Shown: positions 16,115-24,874 of the stretch, piece by piece
Layout of the letters: each line of letters starts with the position of its first letter
Position numbering within the stretch: position 1 is the first letter of the stretch
NCBI GenBank assembly: GCA_021814165.1
Contig: JAKAIX010000002.1
Coordinates: forward strand, 69,371 to 133,370
From: a bacterium
Lineage (GTDB): Bacteria; Patescibacteriota; Minisyncoccia; UBA6257; GWB1-50-10
Direction: 5' to 3'
DNA: 64,000 bases
Notes under the pieces: model-generated
The model's database searches: none
What the model saw: only the letters and a program-made list of their open reading frames with translations
What the model was told of the DNA's origin: nothing
Made by a program: the position numbers and the translations under genes

Positions 16115-16587
16115 GTATGTCACCGATCTTAACCTCAGCGGTTATAGCCGGGCTTGTGAGTGCGATGATAAGTGGCGCGGTTCAGATTTATGCCTGGTTT
16201 CTTAATCACAACCAAGAGCGCTATCAGCAACTCTATGGGCCATTAAGGTTGAATCTCTTAATGATGCAAGTTATCACTGAAAATAGTGAGGAAGTTGCTA
16301 AAGAGATTCGAGAGACTATCGGAAATATTGAAATGAGAATTGAATCGCTTTCAACTCACATATCCCCACTCACAAGAGAATGGCTAGCTCATCGGGACAC
16401 TATCAAGTTACTATTTGAGAAACATATCGGATTAGTCAGGCGTCGGGATCTCGCGTTAGTTAAGGAATTTATGGATGCACATCTCAAGCGCAAAATAATA
16501 CAGGAGGGTCAGAACTCACTTGCAACAGAAGAACGCATAACAAAAATTATAGACATTATAAAGGAACTTCAAAATAAACTTCTATGA
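16111..16587 (+). CDS. Hypothetical membrane-anchored protein (158 aa: one N-terminal TM helix then a coiled-coil-like region); candidate SOS-regulated gene
   Basis: The N-terminus ILTSAVIAGLVSAMISGAVQIYAWF is hydrophobic. The operon carries the lexA-promoter motif in its own promoter. Confidence 0.4.
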   Translation: MSMSPILTSAVIAGLVSAMISGAVQIYAWFLNHNQERYQQLYGPLRLNLLMMQVITENSEEVAKEIRETIGNIEMRIESLSTHISPLTREWLAHRDTIKLLFEKHIGLVRRRDLALVKEFMDAHLKRKIIQEGQNSLATEERITKIIDIIKELQNKLL

Positions 16588-16654
16588 CACCTATAATTTC
16601 CTGAACCGCCATGAAAAAATTCCATCGTCGGAAGAGTTTGATGTAGTATAGAAC

Positions 16655-16687
16655 AAAAAAACCGCCAACTGCATCGGCGGTTTTTTG
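16655..16687. terminator. Bidirectional terminator AAAAAAACCGCC-AACTGCAT-CGGCGGTTTTTT
   Basis: Lies between the convergent 158-aa gene and lexA. Confidence 0.65.
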
Positions 16688-16692
16688 TTTTT

Positions 16693-17307
16693 CTAGTCAG
16701 CCTTACGTTTAATCACCCCGAGCACTACTCCCTGAATCGCGAATCCGGTGTTGCCGCTTCGCACGATGATCGGTTCCATTTTTTTGTTCGCGGGCTGTAA
16801 TCTTACCTGTCCCCTTTCTTTGAAGAAGGTTTTGAGTGTCGCCTCGTGATTGTCGATGAGTGCAACGACTTTCTCTCCGTTGTCCGCGGTCGACTGATGA
16901 CGCACCAGAACGATGTCGCCATCGTTGATGTTCTCGTCGATCATGCTGTTGCCGACGACCTTCAACGCGTAAATGTTTCCCAGAGAACGCGGAAGCCGGC
17001 TTCTCGGAATCGCGATAATTTCTTTCGTTTCCATCGCCTCTATCGGCATACCGGCCGCGATCGTGCCGAGTAAAGGAATTTGAATCATCTGTTCCGATTG
17101 GAAAACATCGATGCCGCGCGGCTGGTTTTCTTCCCTGCTCAGATATCCCAGACCTTCCAACGCTTTTACGTGGTGATGGGCCGTCGAAACGGAAGACAAA
17201 CCGAGATGTTTTTTTATCTCCTCGAGAGACGGAGCATACCCCTTCTTCTTCTTATAGCCCCCTATGAAATCCAGGGCTTCTTTCTGTTTTTTGGTGATTG
17301 GCGACAT
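16693..17307 (-). CDS. lexA: LexA repressor (winged-HTH + S24 peptidase)
   Basis: 204 aa with an N-terminal HTH, an Ala-Gly cleavage-site region (GTIAAGMPIEA), a VVGNSM serine motif and a catalytic Lys region (LKTFFKERGQVRL). Confidence 0.8.
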   Translation of the reverse strand: MSPITKKQKEALDFIGGYKKKKGYAPSLEEIKKHLGLSSVSTAHHHVKALEGLGYLSREENQPRGIDVFQSEQMIQIPLLGTIAAGMPIEAMETKEIIAIPRSRLPRSLGNIYALKVVGNSMIDENINDGDIVLVRHQSTADNGEKVVALIDNHEATLKTFFKERGQVRLQPANKKMEPIIVRSGNTGFAIQGVVLGVIKRKAD

Positions 17308-17315
17308 GGTTATGT

Positions 17316-17332
17316 TTTCGATTTATTTTCGA
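17316..17332 (-). promoter_or_regulatory. 17-nt motif TTTCGATTTATTTTCGA (TTCGA-N6-TTCGA direct repeat, 11-bp period) immediately upstream of the lexA start; candidate LexA box
   Basis: Identical to 15830-15846. It lies between a TTGACT-N16-TAGAAT promoter-like pair and the lexA ATG on the minus strand. Confidence 0.45.
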
Positions 17333-17409
17333 TTCTACTACAAGCACGCGGTAAGTCAAAGGGTGCGGTTATCCACACCCCCACAGTAAAATCCCAAATA
17401 ACTTCATAG

Positions 17410-17490
17410 CCCCGCACGCATCCCTCCGAACGAGGGTAAGACCGGCCAAGCGGCCTTGGAGCGCCCGAGTGAGGGGGAATGTGTGCGGGG
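17410..17490. mobile_element. MITE-like element of about 81 bp with imperfect terminal inverted repeats (CCCCGCACGCATCCCTC ... GAGGGGGAATGTGTGCGGGG); family B
   Basis: It shares the internal blocks CGAACGAGGGTAAG and GGAGCGCCCGAGT with the element at 58741-58834, and has a central palindrome CCAAGCGGCCTTGG. Confidence 0.55.
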
Positions 17491-17503
17491 ATTAAGTTAA
17501 AAC

Positions 17504-18046
17504 TCAAAACCTCATTTGATACCAATCCAGGCCATAGACGGTTTGGATGAGAAGCCGCTCCCCCTTCGCCCACGTGCGGTTTCCTTTGAGACCGAGGAGC
17601 TTGATCGCCTCCTGCACGTGTTCCTCGCTTGATCCTTCAATTTCGAGATACGGCGGCATTCCCGGATAGTAGTCGATCTCAAACTGCCAGTCTTTGAGTA
17701 TGAAGGAAACCCGCTTCTTCTCCTGATACGCATAGCGCTCCAGTCCGATCGCTTCAAAAAACGCGCCCATCTTCTCCGGATCCGAGACAATAAGGTTGAT
17801 CTCCTTATGCGTCCGCGAGGCGCCGAGAATGTCGGACCTTCCTTTCCACGTAACCTCGTGATTGCCTTCCGAATCGGATCGAATCCTAAGATACCACGGA
17901 TCTTCCCCTTCCTTCGTGCCTTGTATGCGGTACCAACGCACGCTCAAAGTGGTGTCTCTCGTCTTTTTCGCGCCGAGTGATCCGAGTTTCTTTTTTACCG
18001 CTTCCGCGTCGATGTCCAAAATCGTCGATTCGGTCTCGTGTGCCAT
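17504..18046 (-). CDS. CYTH-domain protein (class IV adenylate cyclase / triphosphatase family)
   Basis: CYTH-like pattern of charged beta-strands: LRIRSDSEGNHEVTWKG and the C-terminal EIDYYPGMPPYLEIEG. Confidence 0.45.
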   Translation of the reverse strand: MAHETESTILDIDAEAVKKKLGSLGAKKTRDTTLSVRWYRIQGTKEGEDPWYLRIRSDSEGNHEVTWKGRSDILGASRTHKEINLIVSDPEKMGAFFEAIGLERYAYQEKKRVSFILKDWQFEIDYYPGMPPYLEIEGSSEEHVQEAIKLLGLKGNRTWAKGERLLIQTVYGLDWYQMRF

Positions 18047-18053
18047 ACGGGAA

Positions 18054-18701
18054 TTATATCTTAAAATCTTCGAGTTCCGCGATTATGTTTTTTGATCCTT
18101 CTTCGCTTATATCCTCCGGCTTGATTTTCATCTTCCCGAATATCTGTCGTTCCAGTTCTCTCAACGCGTCATCGAGCGTTTGTAACCGCTCCGGACTCAT
18201 CTCCTTATCCTTTCTCCCCGCGTACCGATTCCTCCCTTCGGAAATTCGCTCCTCGATGGAACATACGCCGTAGGGATTTACCCTCATGTCCGCATACGCG
18301 CAGATTTTCTTTTCAAAAGAAGCGTCACGAAGCGCGTGTTCCAGGTTTTGATAGCCGACCGCGCAAAGATACAAAAACGCGCGCTCCGAAATTCCCGCTT
18401 CCCTCGCGATCGTCTGGGTGGCGTGATGCTCGCTTCTGCCGTATTTTTCCACATATTCATCTTTCACCTTTTGCCAGTATTCGAGTCCTTCCGGCTTAAG
18501 GTGTTCCGGAAAATAGTTAAGATCGAATTTGATAATATTCCCCATGTCATGGAGAAGGCACGCGACGAGAATTTCGCGCTTGTCGAGTGGCTCCGGAAAA
18601 TTATCGCAGATCGTCTTCGCGACGGCGGCGACGCGAAGCTGGTGCAGCCCCAAGCTCGGCATAATACGATACGCCGAGTATATTTCCCGAACGGTCCTCA
18701 T
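18054..18701 (-). CDS. HD-domain phosphohydrolase
   Basis: Contains ...LLHDMGN... (the HD motif). 215 aa. Confidence 0.5.
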   Translation of the reverse strand: MRTVREIYSAYRIMPSLGLHQLRVAAVAKTICDNFPEPLDKREILVACLLHDMGNIIKFDLNYFPEHLKPEGLEYWQKVKDEYVEKYGRSEHHATQTIAREAGISERAFLYLCAVGYQNLEHALRDASFEKKICAYADMRVNPYGVCSIEERISEGRNRYAGRKDKEMSPERLQTLDDALRELERQIFGKMKIKPEDISEEGSKNIIAELEDFKI

Positions 18702-19762
18702 GCTTCAATCGACTTGAAGTCCTTTAAAAGCGCGTTGATATATTTTCTCAAACCAACCGAGATCCTTACGGTGCCGTCGTCGAAAAACTTCACAAGCACT
18801 ATCTTTTGTCTCTTCACTATCCTTTTCATTTCCGAAACCGCGCGCGGGGAAGGCCTGAGAAGTATGAAATTCGCATTCGACGAGAATACTTTGAGACCCT
18901 TCGCCCTGAGTTTCGAAATTAAATATTCCCTGTCCCGTTTCACCTCCGCGGCCACGCGCCTGTAGTATGTCTCGGAATTCAGCGCTGCAATCGCGGTTTC
19001 TTCAAGCACCCTGCTCAAACCGAGAAAGCGGTTCTCATAGTTCAATAATTCCTTCACCTTCTTCCCGCAAAGCGCGAATCCTATTCTCATCCCCGCAAGC
19101 GCGTAGTATTTTGAAAAAGTCCGGAGAAGCGCGAGGTTCGGATATTTTTCGAGAAGCCGAAGGAACGATCGCTCATTATATTTCTTCTCGAATCCGCGAT
19201 AGGCCTGGTCGAGAAGCACGGGGCAGTCCTTCTTCACATTTTTCAGGATTACCTCCAACTCACGGACCGAGAGTACGTTGCCCGTCGGATTCGCGGGGGA
19301 CGCAAGGAGTATCATCTCGGGCTTGTGCGCACGATACTTCCTTATGAAATCCTTTATGTCGAACGAGAACGAATCGCCGGCCTCCGGCATGCGGAAGGTG
19401 AGAAGCCGTACATTCTTGAACTTCGCATGAATGCGGTAGTACGTGTAGTGATACTCGCTCGTAAGGATGCTCCCCTTTCTCTCGGAAACTTTCTCAAACA
19501 TGAGCGACAAGAAATCCTCAATGCCGTAACTCAGAATAATTCTGTCCTCCGGAATGCGGAATTTCCCCGAAAGCGCGGGGATAAGGAGCGAGCTGTAGTA
19601 GCCCGGGATATAGGTGCTTGCGTGATCTTTCTTAAACGCCCGAAGCGCCTGAAGCGCTTTCGGGGAGAGACCCTGGAGCACCTCGTTCCTATCCAGAAGC
19701 TGCCGTTTCATCTTTATTATTGTACCACTCCACGGGCGTTCCGTCCGACAATAGCTTGACAT
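18698..19762 (-). CDS. Class I/II PLP-dependent aminotransferase (histidinol-phosphate aminotransferase / CobD-like)
   Basis: Contains LLASPANPTGNVLSVRELEVIL and a lysine region typical of the HisC/CobD family. It overlaps the HD gene by 4 bp. Confidence 0.5.
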   Translation of the reverse strand: MSSYCRTERPWSGTIIKMKRQLLDRNEVLQGLSPKALQALRAFKKDHASTYIPGYYSSLLIPALSGKFRIPEDRIILSYGIEDFLSLMFEKVSERKGSILTSEYHYTYYRIHAKFKNVRLLTFRMPEAGDSFSFDIKDFIRKYRAHKPEMILLASPANPTGNVLSVRELEVILKNVKKDCPVLLDQAYRGFEKKYNERSFLRLLEKYPNLALLRTFSKYYALAGMRIGFALCGKKVKELLNYENRFLGLSRVLEETAIAALNSETYYRRVAAEVKRDREYLISKLRAKGLKVFSSNANFILLRPSPRAVSEMKRIVKRQKIVLVKFFDDGTVRISVGLRKYINALLKDFKSIEA

Positions 19763-19981
19763 GAAACAAAATTCCTTGCATATCGTTATATCTTGTACAA
19801 CAGCTATGAAACGGTTTTATCACGACATGAATACGAATACCTGGACGAATAACGCGTCGCCGCGTTGCGTCGCCATCCGCCAGATGAAATACGTTTGTAT
19901 TCAGCCGTGATACTTTTAATGCTCTAAAAGATACTTACATATCATTTTTAGAAGAATCTCGGCTGAACGAAAGCCGAGTTT

Positions 19982-21208
19982 TTGTTTTCGCTTCAGCAGC
20001 TTTTTTACAACAAAAAAGGGGCTCGTATGAAGCTGAAACACACATATCGAAACGTCATCCTCTATAAACGCTTCGTGTTGTTCAATGAACCCTTGTTCCG
20101 TGGAGCCGTTATTATTACCTCACTCCAGAAGCTTGCGCACATGTCGCTATCCGATATTTATTTCATGGAATCGGCGGTGGTAGTGCTCTGGGCGCTGTTC
20201 GACATACCCGCGGGAGCGCTCGCGGACCTCATCGGAAGAAAGAAAACCATTATTATCGGGCAGATATTCCTTCTCGGAAGCTTTATCGGGTTTGCGCTCA
20301 TGACATCCCCTCTTACCGCGTGGATCTCCGATATTCTTTGGGCAATTGGAATCTCGTTCCAGTCGGGGGCGGACAAGGCACTTCTTCAGAACTCTCTGAA
20401 CGAGTGTAAAATGGGGAATAAGTTCAAAGAAATCGAGGGGCGCGCGATGGGATCGCGATATCTCCTTATTGCTTTTTGCTCGCTTGTGGTGGGACCGCTT
20501 GCGGAAATTAATCTGAGAATCCCGCTTATCCTGTCCGTTCCCGGATTTCTCATTTCGTTCGTCACCTCTTGGTCATTCCAAGAGCCCGCTCGAACGAAAG
20601 GATATAACCCGCGGGCGCAACTAAGAGCGGTAAGGGAGGGGGTTGCCTACTCGGTCAAGAAAAAAGAGATACGGTGGATCGTCGGATTTTGTGCGCTCCT
20701 CATGGCAAGCGCAAAGGTCTGGTTTTTCACTTACAATCCTTATTTCGAGAGAGTCGGAATCGAACTGAAGTATTACGGTCTTATCTTTTTTCTCCTTAAC
20801 CTCATCGCGTGGCTATCAAGCCGCTATGCGAAGGAAATTGAGCGGCGGCTCGGAGAGCGATCGTGCGTCACGACAATGATACTCTCGACAGGCGTTCCCA
20901 TGCTCCTTATGGGACTTTTTCCCGTACAGCCGGCCGCCTATCTTGTGCTCACGCAAAACGTCGTACGCGGATTTATAACGCCGTTCATCGGGGATTTCGT
21001 AAACAAACACATCGAGTCGGAGCATATCCGTGCAACGGTGCTTTCGGTGAGATCTTCCTCGACGAATGCGGCAACTATCGCGGCACTCGCATGGTTCGGA
21101 GTTATGACGACCCGACTCGATCTCCTCGAATCACTCACCGCGCTTGGAGTGGCGGTTCTCGCGTTGGGAAAAATAAGCTTCAGAAGTTACGAGAGGATGA
21201 CAAAGTAA
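19982..21208 (+). CDS. MFS-type transporter
   Basis: About 12 predicted hydrophobic segments with an MFS-like loop pattern. A terminator follows at 21213-21244. Confidence 0.5.
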   Translation: MFSLQQLFYNKKGARMKLKHTYRNVILYKRFVLFNEPLFRGAVIITSLQKLAHMSLSDIYFMESAVVVLWALFDIPAGALADLIGRKKTIIIGQIFLLGSFIGFALMTSPLTAWISDILWAIGISFQSGADKALLQNSLNECKMGNKFKEIEGRAMGSRYLLIAFCSLVVGPLAEINLRIPLILSVPGFLISFVTSWSFQEPARTKGYNPRAQLRAVREGVAYSVKKKEIRWIVGFCALLMASAKVWFFTYNPYFERVGIELKYYGLIFFLLNLIAWLSSRYAKEIERRLGERSCVTTMILSTGVPMLLMGLFPVQPAAYLVLTQNVVRGFITPFIGDFVNKHIESEHIRATVLSVRSSSTNAATIAALAWFGVMTTRLDLLESLTALGVAVLALGKISFRSYERMTK

Positions 21209-21212
21209 CGAC

Positions 21213-21244
21213 AAAAGCGGCGCGCTTCACGACGCCGCTTTTTA
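21213..21244. terminator. Bidirectional terminator AAAAGCGGCG-CGCTTCACGA-CGCCGCTTTT
   Basis: Lies between the convergent MFS gene and Cys-rich paralog 3. It is followed by the palindrome ATCGAGGCCGGGCCTCGAT at 21265-21283. Confidence 0.65.
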
Positions 21245-21312
21245 TTCTCAAATTTTCAACAACCCTTCCAATCTATCGAGGCCGGGCCTCGATAATTTTG
21301 GGGATAACTTTT

Positions 21313-23058
21313 TTATACCACCTCTTTTTGATAGCACTCCTCGCAATACACGACCTCGGGACGATCGGGAGCATACGGCGTTTCGAACTCATTAGGACAC
21401 CTCTCCGGATGTCCGTGATCCGAACCATTGCACATGCATGAACGCCGCCAAAGACGGATGTTTAAGGGATTCCTGTATTCTATTCTTTCATAATGCCGGC
21501 AGTTGGGGCACAACCACGGGAGAGGGAGATGCATCCTCCGATAGAACTGGAGTTCCGACTCCAGAATCCTGAACGCGGTGGTACACTGATGTTCGCACGA
21601 CCCGTTGTGCGCGCACCTTATCGTTTCCTCCGTTATCGAATCGGAAACATTTTTGATGTCGCGAGGTAATTGTCCGGGATCTTTCGTAACGCGGTACTCT
21701 CGCGGAACCGAAACTCCCCAGCGGAAACCAGATTCGATGGCTTTTTCCTTTGTCACGGGATAATATTCCTGCGCGATCGATTCGTTGTACGCGAAGGGAG
21801 AAAACTCCGCCGGAAAGAACTCTCCGAAGGCGTACGTCCTCCCCTTTTCGTCTTTGTACGGCATTGCGTTCATGTGCTCGATGATTTTCGGAATCATCGA
21901 CTCATATTCCTCCTTCGAGTACGGCTTGTTTAGAATATGGTATTGCTTTTTCCGCAACCCCGCGCACCCGAAAATATTCTGCGAAGTTCTGCAGTAATCG
22001 CAGTAGGTTGCGTCACGGATGTCCTCAAAGGTGTTCGTGGAAAACCTGATGAGCGAGTCCCTATATCCCACGTTCACGCCGTCGTACAGGAGTTCCGCTC
22101 CGTTTCCTACGCCATAGAGATCCGCCGAGTCCTTCGCCTCAATGACTCTGATGCCGTAACTCACGTTTTCCAGATCTTCGCCGGTAAAACAATATCTGGC
22201 GTTCTTCGCGTTGATAAGGTTGTTCCCGGTGGCGTTCACGGTTTTGAACAAGCTCGCAAAACGGTGAATTGCTTTCGTCCTCAACGCCTCATACTCGGGG
22301 ATAAGCGCCTGAAACGCCACGCGATCTCCCAAACCCAATTCGCTCATTCTTCGTTCATACTCCTCCTTGGAAAGTTCCTGATTCCTGAACACATATGATT
22401 TGTTCCGCAGGTTTGAACTCATAAAACAATTCCTGCATCCCCTGCAATCGTAGAGAAAAGCGGAGTCAAGACATTCCCTGCAATCGGTCAGATACACGGC
22501 GTTGGCACACCGTTGACAGTCCTGTGATCCATAACAGAGTTGGGAGTCGTACAGGTAGGTTGAGTCCATACTGTCCTGACAGCGCGTGGTTCCGTGGCAG
22601 TAGGAAATATTCTCCGAGTATATGACTGACGAGGAAAGATATACGTTCTTGCTTATCCAGGTGTAGTTGGTGTAGGGCGAGCCCTCATTTTGATAGGCCT
22701 CGAGCGCCATTTTGGGAACCCTCTTGAGAAGCTCCGCGAACTGCACGAAAAACGGTTTACCGAAGTCGTAATCCGTTCCGTACTCCGTCGGATCCCATTT
22801 GTCCGACCACCAACACTCGTTGCAGTATACGATTATGTCCGCGTCGGGATGATACATGGTTATAATGTCCTTTTCACACAGGCCGCACTTCCTCTTAAAA
22901 AGCGCCCGCTCCTGACGGAATACCATCCTTCGCTTCATTCTGCACTCCGGACACCACGTGGGCGGCGGCACTTTTATGTGTTCATAAAACGTAAAATCGT
23001 CCTGCTCGATAACAAATCCTTGCTTGCAGTTTTGACACGTTCTCGATCCCATCTGCAT
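21313..23058 (-). CDS. Cysteine-rich multi-zinc-ribbon protein, paralog 3 of 3
   Basis: 581 aa. It starts MQMGSRTCQNCKQGFVIEQDDFTFYEHIKVPPPTWCPECRMKRR, has the same internal modules, and ends YCEECYQKEVV. Confidence 0.7.
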   Translation of the reverse strand: MQMGSRTCQNCKQGFVIEQDDFTFYEHIKVPPPTWCPECRMKRRMVFRQERALFKRKCGLCEKDIITMYHPDADIIVYCNECWWSDKWDPTEYGTDYDFGKPFFVQFAELLKRVPKMALEAYQNEGSPYTNYTWISKNVYLSSSVIYSENISYCHGTTRCQDSMDSTYLYDSQLCYGSQDCQRCANAVYLTDCRECLDSAFLYDCRGCRNCFMSSNLRNKSYVFRNQELSKEEYERRMSELGLGDRVAFQALIPEYEALRTKAIHRFASLFKTVNATGNNLINAKNARYCFTGEDLENVSYGIRVIEAKDSADLYGVGNGAELLYDGVNVGYRDSLIRFSTNTFEDIRDATYCDYCRTSQNIFGCAGLRKKQYHILNKPYSKEEYESMIPKIIEHMNAMPYKDEKGRTYAFGEFFPAEFSPFAYNESIAQEYYPVTKEKAIESGFRWGVSVPREYRVTKDPGQLPRDIKNVSDSITEETIRCAHNGSCEHQCTTAFRILESELQFYRRMHLPLPWLCPNCRHYERIEYRNPLNIRLWRRSCMCNGSDHGHPERCPNEFETPYAPDRPEVVYCEECYQKEVV

Positions 23059-23091
23059 GCACTTATTATACTATCTAACGACCTTCAATGT

Positions 23092-23147
23092 TTTGAGGCC
23101 CGGCTTCCCCCGCCTGCGCAGGCAGGTCTCGAAGGCCGGGCCTCAAA
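23092..23147. repeat. GC-rich nested palindromic repeat, family A (TTGAGGCCCGGCTTCC-CCCGCCTGCGCAGGCAGG-TCTCGAAGGCCGGGCCTCAA)
   Basis: Same architecture as 2786-2837. It lies between the divergent starts of paralog 3 and the GDPD gene. Confidence 0.7.
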
Positions 23148-23167
23148 TTCTACGCTATAATAAACGC

Positions 23168-23935
23168 ATGAAATGCCGAATCATCAGCCACCGCGGGCTT
23201 TGCAGAAAACATTTCTGGAATTTGCGGAAAGGAGAAAATACGATTGAGGCCTTCAGAGAGGGGTTGGAAGCGCTCGAAAAAATGGGGGTAAAAAAATCGA
23301 TCGAGTTCGACGTTCGCGCTACGAAAGACGCGATTCTTGTGGTGCGTCACAACGAGCGGCTGAGCGGCATCGCCGGCGCGGCGGGATTCGTGCGAGACTA
23401 CACGGCGGAAGAACTTCAGAAACTGGATGCGGGATATGGGAGAAAAATTCCCCTTCTTGAGGAAGTACTCGACGAATTCAAAAACGACGATGTTGAATTT
23501 AACATAGAACTCAAGGAAAGCGGGGTTATTAAGCGGGTGAAAGAGGCGGTGATGGCGCGCGGTCTGGGAAAGAGAACAATCGTTTCCGCGTTTGACGATA
23601 ATGACAACGATCCGCGTTATAAATTTCCCGAACGATTCTCGAGATGGGACGAACTTTCGCAGGCAGGCACCGAGGTGCATTTCGCGCTTCTCGCGACGGG
23701 GTGGAAAATAAGAAGTTTGGGTGGTGAAAAAGCATTCGTGAGAAAAGCCATCGAGTACGGGGCTTCATCGGTTAATCCGGAACGCGCCGCCGCGACAAAA
23801 GCACTCATCGATGCGGCGCACGACGCGGGACTCGAGGTGCGAATATGGGTGGTGAACGGAAAAAGAGAATATAGAAAGTTTGAACAACTCGGGGTTGATG
23901 CGGTTTTCTCCGATAATCCGTTCTTCCTGCAATAA
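23168..23935 (+). CDS. Glycerophosphodiester phosphodiesterase
   Basis: Starts MKCRIISHRG...ENTIEAFREG...EFDVRATKDAILVVRHNERL (GDPD family). I chose the start at 23168 over the longer track ORF that runs through the palindrome. Confidence 0.7.
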   Translation: MKCRIISHRGLCRKHFWNLRKGENTIEAFREGLEALEKMGVKKSIEFDVRATKDAILVVRHNERLSGIAGAAGFVRDYTAEELQKLDAGYGRKIPLLEEVLDEFKNDDVEFNIELKESGVIKRVKEAVMARGLGKRTIVSAFDDNDNDPRYKFPERFSRWDELSQAGTEVHFALLATGWKIRSLGGEKAFVRKAIEYGASSVNPERAAATKALIDAAHDAGLEVRIWVVNGKREYRKFEQLGVDAVFSDNPFFLQ

Positions 23936-24104
23936 GACCGTCAAGTTATCCACAAAATATGAATGGAGCCCTACGTCGCTTCACTCCTCAGGATGATTGA
24001 TTTTCTAAGCTCCTTACGTCGCTAAGAAAATCGAATCAGCCACGGCCTCGATAGACCACGATATAACACTTTATTAACGATCGTGAGAGAAGTGTTATAG
24101 AAAA

Positions 24105-24806
24105 TTAGTTCAAAAACCTGAAGGTTTTTATGATATCCAGGCCCTTATCGAAGTAGGAACGGAGCGCCGTATCAACATCCTCCACGGAGCTCGTGGTGTC
24201 CCTATAGTTACTCCCCGCCCGAAGCTGCTCCACCGCAAAACACATCCCGTTATGCACTGTTCTGAAACTTTTCCCTTCAAGATATTGCATCATGGCGGCA
24301 TCTTGAATGGGAAATTCGTAGAATGTGGTTCCGTTTATTACCACCTCGGTTGAAGAGGCGTTCGCATAAGGATCTGAAGAGGTGCAATTCGAAATGTCCC
24401 GAGCATTCATACTTATTCCGAGGCGCACCTCCGCACTGAAATAACGGGGGTACGTGCTTGTACTTTCCGTCCGATAAATAGGAAATGCCACGACGGGAGT
24501 CCCCGTCGAATCGGGAGCGCTATCCGCGCGCCAACCGTTGGAGAGGAGGTAGAACTGTTTGAATGAGGTGTCGGGCAGCAGCTCTTGGGGATAGCGAATC
24601 TCGAATCCGTACTCCGCGTTTTTATACATATTCCACGCCGCCTCGGAGGTTGTCGTCGCGGCACCCTCGGGCGTGCTTGTCGCACCCTTGTTTGATTCAA
24701 TCGGCGCGAACGTTACCGATGGAATCGATGGAAACGCCCAAAACACGATACCCACGGCAATAACCACAAGAAGAAGTATCAGCCACTTGAGTTTTATGTC
24801 CCCCAT
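24105..24806 (-). CDS. Hypothetical membrane-anchored / secreted protein
   Basis: The likely start is MGDIKLKWLILLLVVIAVGIVFWAF (an N-terminal TM helix), followed by a Thr/Ser-rich linker. Confidence 0.4.
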   Translation of the reverse strand: MGDIKLKWLILLLVVIAVGIVFWAFPSIPSVTFAPIESNKGATSTPEGAATTTSEAAWNMYKNAEYGFEIRYPQELLPDTSFKQFYLLSNGWRADSAPDSTGTPVVAFPIYRTESTSTYPRYFSAEVRLGISMNARDISNCTSSDPYANASSTEVVINGTTFYEFPIQDAAMMQYLEGKSFRTVHNGMCFAVEQLRAGSNYRDTTSSVEDVDTALRSYFDKGLDIIKTFRFLN

Positions 24807-24874
24807 GGTGTAATAGTACTTCCGTAAAGCGGACTTTACTAGACACAAAACAACCGAGGAATAGAATTGAAACT

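Noticed and set aside
19800-19981. Possible riboswitch or leader upstream of the MFS transporter
   Set aside because: It contains a hairpin (GGCTGAACGAAAGCCGAG) but none of the conserved riboswitch cores I know (TPP, FMN, SAM, glycine, purine). It is more likely just a terminator of the upstream gene.
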